Source: Nitrosopumilaceae archaeon (GTDB lineage Archaea > Thermoproteota > Nitrososphaeria > Nitrososphaerales > Nitrosopumilaceae). Taken from it: a stretch of DNA of 64,000 nt. Positions 1-9,491 of this stretch are shown here, in pieces (position 1 is the first letter of the stretch; each line of letters opens with the position of its first letter). The translations under genes were made by a program, and so were the position numbers. The stretch is from assembly GCA_965208905.1 (NCBI GenBank), contig OZ242365.1, forward strand, positions 256,001 to 320,000, given 5' to 3'. The notes beneath the pieces were generated by a model that did no database searches, was not told where the DNA came from, and saw nothing but the letters and a program-made list of their open reading frames with translations.

Positions 1-281
1 ATACCATCTGATGATGTTTGCAGGCCTTTGGATCTCTCTTTTTCAGCTATGGCATCACGTAGTGGTTTAAGGCCTTCGGAGGGTGCATAAAAGTTGTTGC
101 CGTTTCTGATGGCATCAATATGCGCATTTATCACATTTTCAGGCGGCTGAAATCCGTATTGGGGCGGATCTCCGACATTAAGATATTGTACTTGGATGCC
201 ACGCTTCTCGACCTCTCTGGCGCTAAGCACTATATCCCGTATGGCATACTCCACACCCTTGACCTTGCTTGAGACTTTCAT
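1..281 (-). CDS. Class I/II PLP aminotransferase (alanine aminotransferase-like), N-terminal part, runs off window
   Basis: Manual translation MKVSSKVKGVEYAIRDIV...YLNVGDPPQYGFQPP...YAPSEGLKPLRDAIA; YAIR, LNxGDP and YxxSxG motifs of AlaA-type aminotransferases. Confidence 0.85.
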   Translation of the reverse strand, partial: MKVSSKVKGVEYAIRDIVLSAREVEKRGIQVQYLNVGDPPQYGFQPPENVINAHIDAIRNGNNFYAPSEGLKPLRDAIAEKERSKGLQTSSDG

Positions 282-324
282 TGTAACAGGACAAATATTT
301 AGCGGGGTTAATTAATTAACTGTT

Positions 325-399
325 GGACCCGTAGCACAGTCTGGATAGTGCGGGCGGCTTCGGACCGCCAGGTCGGGGGATCGAAGCCCTCCGGGCCCT
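325..399 (+). tRNA. tRNA-Arg (anticodon UCG)
   Basis: Cloverleaf: D stem GCAC/GTGC with A20, anticodon arm GGCGG-CT TCG GA-CCGCC, T arm GGGGG-ATCGAAG-CCCTC; one A-C mismatch in acceptor stem. Confidence 0.93.
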
Positions 400-526
400 C
401 TGTGCATTTAACATTGCCGAATTGACGTAGATCCAAGTCATGTAAACGGCTCTACTGTGAAAATGCAGTCATTTTGAATTGTGAGTGCGAAGAATGGTCA
501 GCCTATCAAGAATAGTTATGTTATCT

Positions 527-2698
527 TCATTTATTTTGCTCTTTTTTTGTTCTCAGTTTGGCGCAGTCCCGAACCACCATGGCTAACAGTAATGCCCTAT
601 CTATAAGAGAGTCTCGTAGTATGTATTCGTCTGGACTTTTAAATCCGGCACCCAGAGGACCTAGTCCCTCCAATGATGGAATGGTGGTGGGCACATGACT
701 GATATCTGATGATACAAAACGCCTTGTTGGTTTTATTGGAATGTTTACCTTCTTAGCAGCCTCTTCCACCATAGAGTATAGTTCATGTGTAACGTCTGTT
801 TCAAGTACAGGATCCCTCCTCCGCCACCGCGAGACATCAACTCTGGCCCCGTTACCATCACGTTTCAGTACGCGACGAATCTTCTTCTCTATATCATCAC
901 CCATCTCAAAGCTGTCATAGCTGGTAACAACGGTTATCGATGCTTTATCAGGTGAGTTGCCGTACGAGGTGTTTGCTTGTAGTGTGGGAACCATAACCCG
1001 GCATCCTTCTGTGGATAGTTTATCCAACGATACTACCTTTTTGCAGGCGTACGGAATTAAACCCGAGATTGTTGGTCTGGTGTCATCTTTTACATCACGT
1101 ATCTCTATGTGATAGTCGTCCCGGCCATGACCAGATACTGCCACTCCACCATCAACATCGCCCCACTTCATGCTCAAAATGTAACGTGAACGAGAAGCAT
1201 AGTCACGTATCAGATTTGCCGAGTGTTTTCCGTCCAGTGAGTCATCTGTGGTGAGCAGTATGCCGCACCGTATACGGCGAAGCCTCTTGGTAAAGCGTAG
1301 TGCCTGTAGTGCCGAGAGCATCACTGCCAGACCGCCCTTGCTCTCAGTTATACCTGTACCGTATATCTTTGTCTTGGTCTCATGAAATGGTGTGTGATCA
1401 TGAGATGTGTATGGTGTATCTAGATGGCTTAGAATCAGCACATCATTGTCAGGATGTATGTGATTTGCAAAGTAGCGTACATCACCTATATCTAAAAAGT
1501 GGTGTATATGTTCGGCAAATCCCAGATGCTCTAGCCGTTTTGACATCATCTTACCTAAGCGATTTACAGTCTCCACATCCCTAACATCGGTGTTCATATC
1601 CAGCATGTGGCGGAGGAGTTGTGTCGTGGTTTCGAGGTGGGTGCGCAAGTAGCTACGTGCCACTGTATGTAGTGGCTGGCCCGACGATGCAATGAGGGGG
1701 CGGGCGGCGGACTCGCCAAAGTTTCGTATGGCGGCCACATCCAGCATCTTGTTTATCAGTGACTCATAAGAGTATCCCGCTGCAACTGCACCGGCCACAA
1801 ACGAGCCGGTCTTTCCCAAGCTGGCCATGGAGTTCAGCTCCAATATGTACATGTTACCGTCTTGGTCCATACGTATGTCCACGCGGGTATAGTCGTGCAG
1901 TCCCAGTTTTTTAAAGGCCTCTTGGCACAGTTCTTTCATCTCCTGTGTGGTGTCATCATCAAGGGGTGCCGGACACAGCTTGCGTCTTGGTGCAGACATC
2001 TTGTCGGATTTGGTCTGTATATCATCAGGACCATTCATCGCAAACTCTACTATGGGAAATGTCTCTAAGTGGTGTCCATTTCCCACCATACCCACGGCAA
2101 ATTCCCTTCCGGATACGAACTGTTCTACTAGAGCATCCTGTTGGTATTTGTCAATCTCTTCTCGTACTGCATCTCTGAGATCATCGTGGTTGTCGACAAC
2201 TCTCGTACCCATGGATGTAGACTCCATCTTTGGTTTCACTATGACAGGAAACTTCAGATCATCAAATGTGTCATCAGGGGTTGAAAATACCCAATAGTCG
2301 GCGGTGGGCAGATTGTTCTTTTGTAGGACGATTTTAGTCATTACTTTGTCTTGCACTATTGCGTGCGCCTCAGGCCCCGAACCTGTATAGGGAACGCCCA
2401 GCATCTCAAGCATGGCAGGCAGGTGCGTATATCTGTCATGTCCCTGTACACCATACGCCATATTAAAGACAATTCCTGGCGGCTCCCCAGCTGCAGGTTT
2501 TGCCATGAATTGATGCAACTCCTCCATTGAACTCATGGTTCCTTCTATTATCTTGACTGTGTGACCCCCACGCTCAAGTGCGGTAGCCACCTGCTCTATG
2601 GTCTTGGGGTTGTAGTGCTCTTTGGTGGTCATGCCGTATATGTTGATCACATCGGTGGGATCGATATTCTTTTTGTTGTATATTACGGCTACCTTCAC
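527..2698 (-). CDS. D-Ala-D-Ala-ligase-like ATP-grasp domain fused to M20/M25/M40 (carboxypeptidase G2-like) domain
   Basis: N-term: VPYTGS, DKVMTK, FPVIVKP, LVEQFVSGREF, RVDIR, YILELNSMASL; C-term: ILSHLDT, GTGITESKGG, GLGPLG. GTG start at 2698 inferred. Confidence 0.88.
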   Translation of the reverse strand: MKVAVIYNKKNIDPTDVINIYGMTTKEHYNPKTIEQVATALERGGHTVKIIEGTMSSMEELHQFMAKPAAGEPPGIVFNMAYGVQGHDRYTHLPAMLEMLGVPYTGSGPEAHAIVQDKVMTKIVLQKNNLPTADYWVFSTPDDTFDDLKFPVIVKPKMESTSMGTRVVDNHDDLRDAVREEIDKYQQDALVEQFVSGREFAVGMVGNGHHLETFPIVEFAMNGPDDIQTKSDKMSAPRRKLCPAPLDDDTTQEMKELCQEAFKKLGLHDYTRVDIRMDQDGNMYILELNSMASLGKTGSFVAGAVAAGYSYESLINKMLDVAAIRNFGESAARPLIASSGQPLHTVARSYLRTHLETTTQLLRHMLDMNTDVRDVETVNRLGKMMSKRLEHLGFAEHIHHFLDIGDVRYFANHIHPDNDVLILSHLDTPYTSHDHTPFHETKTKIYGTGITESKGGLAVMLSALQALRFTKRLRRIRCGILLTTDDSLDGKHSANLIRDYASRSRYILSMKWGDVDGGVAVSGHGRDDYHIEIRDVKDDTRPTISGLIPYACKKVVSLDKLSTEGCRVMVPTLQANTSYGNSPDKASITVVTSYDSFEMGDDIEKKIRRVLKRDGNGARVDVSRWRRRDPVLETDVTHELYSMVEEAAKKVNIPIKPTRRFVSSDISHVPTTIPSLEGLGPLGAGFKSPDEYILRDSLIDRALLLAMVVRDCAKLRTKKEQNK

Positions 2699-2737
2699 AA
2701 TATGTAATAGCAAAAAATGTTTTTAATATTATAATAG

Positions 2738-3082
2738 ATGGTTCCTCCCGCAAAGTCGGGCGATTACACCCAGATAATGTGATGTCGCGCCGCAGCTTCA
2801 GTTGGCCGCTACACGCCTTGGGGCCGAGCTTTTCCAAACTGGCTACCCCTATGTTAGCCCCAGCATTACAGTCAGCGTGATCCGAGTGGCCGCACCGCTG
2901 CACCAGAGCTCCCTACCGTCCCGGTTGTCCTTGTGGATGCACCCACACGGACATCAACGCTGGCTGGTGTAAGCTACCATGACCCAAATGATACCACCGA
3001 TACGCTGGTAAGATAGCAGAAGAGCCAGTAACCCCAGCATTGCTCGGGTATCTACTTGTTGAGTCCGGATTTTCGACTCAAG
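2738..3082 (-). mobile_element. tnpB: Degraded IS200/IS605-type tnpB 3' end with omega-RNA/right-end region
   Basis: Minus strand across stops and frameshifts: KSGLNK*IPEQCWG / LLSYQR..AYTSQR*CPCG..KDNR..C / CGHSDHADCNAGANI (Zn ribbon plus RuvC-III), then GC-rich sequence ending AATCGCCCGACTTTGCGGGAGGAA. Confidence 0.8.
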
Positions 3083-3117
3083 ATTATAATAACATCACAC
3101 AATACAAGAGATTAGTA

Positions 3118-3369
3118 ATGCCTGGTATAGGATTAATGAAACGGCGATTAGAGAAAGAGAGTGATGCCATAGCTTTGGCCGTATCGGGTGTCGTAAAAAA
3201 ATACAACATAGAGCCCACTCAGCCAAAGACGCTAGAGACCAAGTATCATACAGATGCTGGAGATTGGTATGTAGCTTTAGGTTGGGACAAGATGCGAGTG
3301 GTAATAAAGATGGACTCTGTATTGGCGCAGATCACCGAAATCAAAGAGATTCCATGGAGCGATGTATAA
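3118..3369 (+). CDS. Small hypothetical protein
   Basis: MPGIGLMKRRLEKE...; stop overlaps the next ATG (TAATG), indicating translational coupling. Confidence 0.7.
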   Translation: MPGIGLMKRRLEKESDAIALAVSGVVKKYNIEPTQPKTLETKYHTDAGDWYVALGWDKMRVVIKMDSVLAQITEIKEIPWSDV

Positions 3370-4013
3370 TGAAGGCCATAGTTATGGGCGGTACTAGAGG
3401 GATTGGTAACGCCATAGCAAACTCACTACAACGGTATGGCCACCAGGTCATATCAGTGGGGCATCACGATGTAGACACTTCAGATATAGGCTCTGTAAGG
3501 CAATTCATACATAATAATCCAGATACAGATATTCTGGTATTAAACACAGGAGGACCGCCGCCCAAAAAGTATAACGATGTAACAGAGCAAGAGTGGCAAA
3601 AGTATCACAACCAGTTGTTTTTGAGTTTTGTACTGATACTACAGAGCATAAAAGTAAACAAGGGCGGCTATATCTTTCTGATAAGCTCATCTGTCGTAAA
3701 GGAACCCAATCCGAATCTGGCCATATCAAGTGCTTATAGGGCAGCATTTGTAGAGATATTCAAGCTGGCCAGTCGGGAACTAGCTACACAAAACATCAGC
3801 TGCATCAATATAGCTCCGGGTCTGATATCTACGGATCGCACACTAGAGATAATGAAAGATATGGAGGCAGACATATCATCCCTTCCCATGGGACGTATGG
3901 GTAGACCTTCAGAGATTGGCGACTTTGTGGGAGCCATAGTAGAGAAGCAGATAAAGTATCTGTCAGGTGTGACTGTTACATTTGATGGGGCTAGTTCAGC
4001 CCACATATTCTAG
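3369..4013 (+). CDS. SDR-family oxidoreductase (atypical 3-oxoacyl-ACP reductase-like)
   Basis: GGTRGIG Rossmann motif, LVLNTGGP, NIAPGLISTDR, PMGRMGRPSE. Confidence 0.88.
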   Translation: MKAIVMGGTRGIGNAIANSLQRYGHQVISVGHHDVDTSDIGSVRQFIHNNPDTDILVLNTGGPPPKKYNDVTEQEWQKYHNQLFLSFVLILQSIKVNKGGYIFLISSSVVKEPNPNLAISSAYRAAFVEIFKLASRELATQNISCINIAPGLISTDRTLEIMKDMEADISSLPMGRMGRPSEIGDFVGAIVEKQIKYLSGVTVTFDGASSAHIF

Positions 4014-4642
4014 TTCTTGAAGGCCACATTGGGAACTTCGGGTTTATTGGGTATAATAATTAGTTCGCCTTCGTGTAGTTGTTTTATAAGCTGAGCGACC
4101 TCTTTTTCGACATTGGCACGTTGTAGGCCAGTATGTTTGGCAAATACATCCACCAACTCAGTCATCTTCCTCTCCCCATTACAACACTTCCAAAAGTCTA
4201 CAATGGCCTGGTTTACCATAAATCCCTGATCTTTGTCGTTTAACAACATCATGGAACCATCCTCCTGTGTGGCAAGCTTGCCGACGCCCTGAGGCATGGC
4301 ACTATCATAATCAAATGGCGTCAAAGAGCCAGACCCGGAAGCCATACTCTTTATCTTCTCTCGCGCACCAGAGGTCATCTTATCCATGGACCAAGGTGGA
4401 TCCCACACTATCTTGACATTGACATTATCCACGCCAGGTACCTTTTTGGCATAACGCGTAACATCCTGTACTATAGTAGCATGCAGGGGGCATCCTTGTG
4501 TAGTCATGGTCATTGTAATATCAACATCACCTCCATTGACATCTATACCATACACAAGACCCATCTCAACTATATTCAGTGGAACTTCAGGATCCATGCA
4601 TTGTTTAAGTGAGTTCTCCACATCCAGCGTACTTACAGTCAT
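4010..4642 (-). CDS. DUF59/SufT (MIP18) Fe-S assembly domain fused to PqqD-like domain
   Basis: DPEVPLNIVEMGLVY, MTMTTQGCP, VWDPPWSMDKM; C-term NQAIVDFWKCCNGERKMTELVD..LHEGELI resembles PqqD winged helix. Confidence 0.85.
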   Translation of the reverse strand: MTVSTLDVENSLKQCMDPEVPLNIVEMGLVYGIDVNGGDVDITMTMTTQGCPLHATIVQDVTRYAKKVPGVDNVNVKIVWDPPWSMDKMTSGAREKIKSMASGSGSLTPFDYDSAMPQGVGKLATQEDGSMMLLNDKDQGFMVNQAIVDFWKCCNGERKMTELVDVFAKHTGLQRANVEKEVAQLIKQLHEGELIIIPNKPEVPNVAFKN

Positions 4643-4676
4643 GTTTGGTTCTGCATGTAGAAAGCATAAAAACGTT

Positions 4677-5711
4677 TTAGAAATTAGCTTTGAATAATTT
4701 TTTGATGGATTCCACATATGGAGCCGTCGCCACACCTGCCTCTGTAATGATACCAGATATCAGCTCAGGCGGGGTCATATCAAATGCAGGATTCAATACA
4801 TTAACACCTTCAGGTGCGGTCCTATTCTCAGGCGGTCCTGAAACCTCTGCGGAGCGTCTCATCTCTATAACAACGTCTTGTGGTTCGCTATCCATATCAA
4901 ATGTAGAGAGGGGTGCAGCAACATAGAAGGGTATATTGTGCTGCCTGGCCATTGTGGCTACCTGATAGGTACCTATCTTGTTGTAGACATGACCAGTGGA
5001 GAGTATACGGTCGGCTCCCACCACCACTTTATCTATCAGTCCATTTGCCATTGAATATCCTACGGCGGTATCTGAAATCAAACTGACATCAATACCATCA
5101 TGCATCAACTCAAAGGCAGTAAGCCTTGAACCCTGCTGTATTGGTCTTGTCTCAGTGGCTATCACCTGTACTGATTTTCCATTCTCGGCAGCTGCGCGAA
5201 TAACCCCCAATGCCGTTCCATACCCCACAGTAGCCAGTGCTCCGGCGTTACAATGGGTCATGATGGTATCACCATCACCAAAGAGAACTGAGCCATTGCG
5301 GCCCATCGTCTTATTTGTGATGATGTCATTCTCTGCCATAGAGATAGCCTCCTTGAATATTACATCCCGGGCAGTCTGTGCATCAGTGGACATCTTGGCA
5401 GTATCATATATTTTGTTGAGGGCCCACACTAAATTGACGGCAGTCGGACGGGTTGCTCTAAGATAGGTACGGGCAGCATCCAGATCACGTAGTAAGTCTT
5501 TTAGTGTTGTAGCTGAACTCTGGCGGGATGCCAGTACCATACCAAATGCGGCAGCAACACCAATGGCAGGTGCGCCCCGTATGACCAATCTTTTGATGGC
5601 GTCAGCCACACCTTTGTAGTCGTCATACTCAACATACTCTAGTGTGCCTGGCAGTTTGGTTTGATCAATCATGGCGACCTTGTCATTCTTCCATAGAATG
5701 GTACGAAGCAT
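4677..5711 (-). CDS. mtnA: S-methyl-5-thioribose-1-phosphate isomerase
   Basis: IDQTKLP, IRGAPAIG, TRPTAVNL, THCNAGALAT, ETRP..QGSRLT, NKIGTY, NPAFD. Confidence 0.95.
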   Translation of the reverse strand: MLRTILWKNDKVAMIDQTKLPGTLEYVEYDDYKGVADAIKRLVIRGAPAIGVAAAFGMVLASRQSSATTLKDLLRDLDAARTYLRATRPTAVNLVWALNKIYDTAKMSTDAQTARDVIFKEAISMAENDIITNKTMGRNGSVLFGDGDTIMTHCNAGALATVGYGTALGVIRAAAENGKSVQVIATETRPIQQGSRLTAFELMHDGIDVSLISDTAVGYSMANGLIDKVVVGADRILSTGHVYNKIGTYQVATMARQHNIPFYVAAPLSTFDMDSEPQDVVIEMRRSAEVSGPPENRTAPEGVNVLNPAFDMTPPELISGIITEAGVATAPYVESIKKLFKANF

Positions 5712-5765
5712 ATACCTAGACAATATCAATCCATATTTAAACAGGATTATAGCTCGTTAACAGAG

Positions 5766-6788
5766 ATGGTAGTAATATCGAAATCTCTGTTGGCCAAGTA
5801 TGACACACAGGACATGTGTTCTGTATACGATATGTGGCCTGAGATTGCGCAAGAGGCATACAATGCAGGACAAGATACCAAGATTGTAGATACAACAGGT
5901 ATAAACCATATAGTCTTTGCAGGCATGGGTGGGAGCGGAGCCCTGGGGGACTATTATGCTGCATTACTCTCAAATCACAACACCCATGTAACTGTCGTAA
6001 AAGGCTATAGGCTGCCAAAGACTGTGGATAACAATACACTAGTAGTGTGCAATAGCGTCTCTGGCAACACCTCAGAGACTCTAACTATATTAAAAAAGTC
6101 ATTAAGACAACCTTGCAGGCGCATAGCACTCTCGGCGGGTGGCAAAATGAGAGAGTTCTGCACACAGAATGATATTCCACATTACACTGTTGATATGTTT
6201 CACACTCCACGTGCATCATTTGTGGCTTATGTATATGCCCTCCTAGGCATACTAAAGATAGGCACAACAGCACATGATATAGACGAATCCATAAGTATAA
6301 TGCAAGAAAAGAGATCACAAATACAATCTACAAATTTAACCACAGAAAATCCGGCGCTAAATTTAGCAACAAAATTAACTAAAATTCCTTTGATTTATTA
6401 TCCGTGGGGACTTCAGGCCGCTGCCGTACGATTTAAAAATTCATTACACGAGAATGCTAAGATGCATGCAATGATCGAGGATGTGATAGAAGCAGGACAC
6501 AATGGAATAATGTCTTGGGAGATGCCAGCAAATGTGCAGCCTGTATTTATACAAGGTGCCGATGACAATCGTAAAACCAAGGAACGCTGGAAGATATTTG
6601 AGGATTATTTTAGTGAAAAAAAGATACCGTGCATAGTAATTAATTCATCGGGGAGACACATAATGACAAAATTGGTAAATCTCATTTATCTGCTGGATTA
6701 CTCAACCATATATCTTGCTGCCATACGGGGGGTCAATCCCACCTCAACAAATTCAATAAAGTATATAAAAGAGAGATCAAAATTATGA
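5766..6788 (+). CDS. Bifunctional phosphoglucose/phosphomannose isomerase (SIS domain)
   Basis: GMGGSG, SVSGNTSET, PRAS, RFKNSLHENAK, EAGHN. Confidence 0.88.
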   Translation: MVVISKSLLAKYDTQDMCSVYDMWPEIAQEAYNAGQDTKIVDTTGINHIVFAGMGGSGALGDYYAALLSNHNTHVTVVKGYRLPKTVDNNTLVVCNSVSGNTSETLTILKKSLRQPCRRIALSAGGKMREFCTQNDIPHYTVDMFHTPRASFVAYVYALLGILKIGTTAHDIDESISIMQEKRSQIQSTNLTTENPALNLATKLTKIPLIYYPWGLQAAAVRFKNSLHENAKMHAMIEDVIEAGHNGIMSWEMPANVQPVFIQGADDNRKTKERWKIFEDYFSEKKIPCIVINSSGRHIMTKLVNLIYLLDYSTIYLAAIRGVNPTSTNSIKYIKERSKL

Positions 6789-8128
6789 AAAAAATTCCTC
6801 GCTTAATAATAACAGGCACCAACAGTAACGTGGGAAAGACTGTAATTAGCTGCGCCATCATACATGGTCTACAAAAGAGAGGATATTCGGTTCAACCCTT
6901 CAAAGCAGGGCCTGACTATATAGACGCAGGATACCTATCTGCTATATCAGGTAGACAAGCCTGCAACTTGGATGTGTGGCTCATGGGAAAAAATAATACA
7001 CTAGACAGTCTAGCAAAAAACTCCACATCGGATATCTCCATAATAGAGGGAGTCATGGGATTTTATGATGGTATTGATGGCTCAAAGAATCTGGCCAGCA
7101 CATACCAGCTACATCGCATAACAAAATCACCGGTAATATTGGTGGTGGATGTTAGTGGTACGGGACGCTCTGTTGCAGCCACGGTTTTGGGATTTATGCG
7201 GTTTAATAAAAAGACACAGATTGCCGGCATAATATTAAATCGTGTTGGGAGCGAACGTCATAAAAGAATATGTATTGATGCAATAAAATCTCTAAATATT
7301 CAAGTATTAGGAGCTATACCAAAAAATGTCATACAGTTAAAAAGTCGCCATTTAGGACTCATTCCTGTTATGGAGGGCAATAAAAATAAGGACATTGAAA
7401 AGATCTCTGAGACTATACATGACCACATCGATATGGATAAAATAATAAAAATATCAAAATCCGCGCCCCCGATTCATCTACAAAAGAGTAGTAAAAAGAG
7501 GGATTTACACACAACCATCGGTATAGCATTGGATGGTTCATTTAATTTCTACTACAAAGATAATCTGGAAAAATTAAAGAATAATGGAGCTAAATTGGAG
7601 TTCTTTAGTCCCGAGATATCAAAGCACATGCCAGACATAAATGGATTATACATTGGCGGTGGATTTCCCGAGGTACGGGGAGCCATTCTAGAAAAAAACT
7701 ACACCTTAATTAATGAAATAAAAAAGGCCATATTAAATGAAATGCCAACATATGCAGAGTGTGGTGGGCTGATATATTTAGGAAAGACTCTTCAATACGA
7801 TAACAAACAGTACGATATGGTGGGCGCCGTGGATGGTCACACATACATGACAAAGAGGCCAACATTGAACTACACCAAAGGTGTCATGTATGATAACATA
7901 TTAAATAAAAAAACTATAAAATTTCATGGACATGAATTTCACTACTCAAAGATGGATGTTAGTGAGGACTCTAGATTTACGCAAAAACTGTATCGTGGAG
8001 AGGGTATTTTAGATAACAAAGATGGCATACTTGTACATAATACAATGGCATCATATGGGCATCTATACTTTTCAGAGAAGATGGCCAAAAATGTAGTAGA
8101 GTGCTGCGCAAAATTTTCAAGGAGATGA
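6785..8128 (+). CDS. cbiA: Cobyrinate a,c-diamide synthase
   Basis: GKT, FKAGPDYID, IEGVMGFYDG, SRHLGL, GGGFPE, AECGG, HEFHYS. Confidence 0.95.
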   Translation: MKKIPRLIITGTNSNVGKTVISCAIIHGLQKRGYSVQPFKAGPDYIDAGYLSAISGRQACNLDVWLMGKNNTLDSLAKNSTSDISIIEGVMGFYDGIDGSKNLASTYQLHRITKSPVILVVDVSGTGRSVAATVLGFMRFNKKTQIAGIILNRVGSERHKRICIDAIKSLNIQVLGAIPKNVIQLKSRHLGLIPVMEGNKNKDIEKISETIHDHIDMDKIIKISKSAPPIHLQKSSKKRDLHTTIGIALDGSFNFYYKDNLEKLKNNGAKLEFFSPEISKHMPDINGLYIGGGFPEVRGAILEKNYTLINEIKKAILNEMPTYAECGGLIYLGKTLQYDNKQYDMVGAVDGHTYMTKRPTLNYTKGVMYDNILNKKTIKFHGHEFHYSKMDVSEDSRFTQKLYRGEGILDNKDGILVHNTMASYGHLYFSEKMAKNVVECCAKFSRR

Positions 8129-8749
8129 TCGTAAAAGTTTAAACAATGCATTTATGATAGCCGCAGCCACAGGACTCCCACCCTTACGACCTCTGTTGGT
8201 TATGTAGGGTACCTGAATCTTTTCTAGTTCTGCCTTGGACTCGGCAGCTTGTATAAAACCTACCGGTACACCCACCACTAGAGATGGACGAGCCTCATTC
8301 TGATGAATCATCGATATAACCTCTAAAAGGGCCGTAGGAGCGTTGCCTATAACTACAACACCATTCTCCATCTCAGCAGCAGATTGCTGCATCGATACCC
8401 GAGCTCTTGTTGAATTGGCTTTTTTAGCTAAATTGGCTATTTTATCATCTGATATTTTGCATATTGTGTTATTGCCAAAATCTGCTAGGTTTCGTTTGTT
8501 CAATAAACCTGGTATGCCGTTGACATCTGTGATAATATTACACCCATTATTTAGTGATTTTATGCCGCTTTGAATGGCATCATCATGAAATATTACACGA
8601 TTATCTCGGGCAAAATCAAAGTCTGCAGTAGAGTGAATAATTCTGCGCACAATTGGCCACTCCCACGTATCATAATCATGTGATACTATCTCATCTTCAA
8701 TAATACTCATACTGGCATCCTCAATGGATTGACCCTGCCTAGTCTGCAT
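8117..8749 (-). CDS. cbiC: Precorrin-8X methylmutase
   Basis: RIIHSTADFD, IGNAPTAL, PVGF..AAESK, GRKGGSPVAAAIINA. Confidence 0.95.
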   Translation of the reverse strand: MQTRQGQSIEDASMSIIEDEIVSHDYDTWEWPIVRRIIHSTADFDFARDNRVIFHDDAIQSGIKSLNNGCNIITDVNGIPGLLNKRNLADFGNNTICKISDDKIANLAKKANSTRARVSMQQSAAEMENGVVVIGNAPTALLEVISMIHQNEARPSLVVGVPVGFIQAAESKAELEKIQVPYITNRGRKGGSPVAAAIINALFKLLRSSP

Positions 8750-9491
8750 GCTCCACCTCGGATGCCCGCTCTAAGATTAAATCAATCATGGCATCATCGA
8801 CCCCTATATGGCGCGTTATACATGCATTTTTAAGGTTAAATTTTTCAAGGGCCGGTTGTAAAAACGCATTTACGTCTCGTTTTACATGGGCACCTTCATG
8901 CAAAAAATAAAAGACTACAACTAAAATTGATGGATTGTTGGCCGCGCTGATCTCTACTCCTGCCGGAATATCTGGTTGCTCTATCTCTAAATAGCATCTG
9001 TTTACGTTTCGGTACGAGTCTTTTAACTGTTCTACAACATAATTTATAGATCGTTGAGCGTTAATATCCGAGCTGCCATGTGCTACTATGAGTACGTCAG
9101 TTTTATCGCGATCTATATCATAATTATTTCTCTTTAGAGCATCAACTATCCTGTTGTCAACTAGCTTCACCATGGTGGGATGCATGCTCATCTGCTTTGT
9201 AACTAGAAATTTTGTCTTGGTATACTTTTGGTATTTCATGACATTAGTTACTGTCACTTTTATCTTTCTTCCAGGATATAGAAAGTATGGTACTATCGTT
9301 AGTGTATCCAAATCATTTAGGGGGCATTTTTTCATAGCGTCACTGATGAACGGGGGTAGCACCTCAAGAAAGCAAAAGTCAGCATAGTCATATCCGCCTT
9401 TAATGCGCACCTTCTCTGTTATTATTTTCAGTTCTCTGGGGGCCCCGGTCTCCCTGCTTCCCCTATTTATAATCAATATGCCCCTCTTCAT
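8739..9491 (-). CDS. cbiX: Sirohydrochlorin cobaltochelatase (two CbiX domains)
   Basis: RGSR/HGSS repeats, FLE/YLE, PYFLYPG, FLHEGAHVKRD; in cbi cluster. Confidence 0.9.
   Translation of the reverse strand: MKRGILIINRGSRETGAPRELKIITEKVRIKGGYDYADFCFLEVLPPFISDAMKKCPLNDLDTLTIVPYFLYPGRKIKVTVTNVMKYQKYTKTKFLVTKQMSMHPTMVKLVDNRIVDALKRNNYDIDRDKTDVLIVAHGSSDINAQRSINYVVEQLKDSYRNVNRCYLEIEQPDIPAGVEISAANNPSILVVVFYFLHEGAHVKRDVNAFLQPALEKFNLKNACITRHIGVDDAMIDLILERASEVEHAD

Noticed and set aside
2740-3060. GC-rich non-coding-looking block first considered as SRP RNA or RNase P RNA
   Set aside because: Lacks the SRP helix-8 and RNase P P4 consensus; the minus strand translates to TnpB motifs
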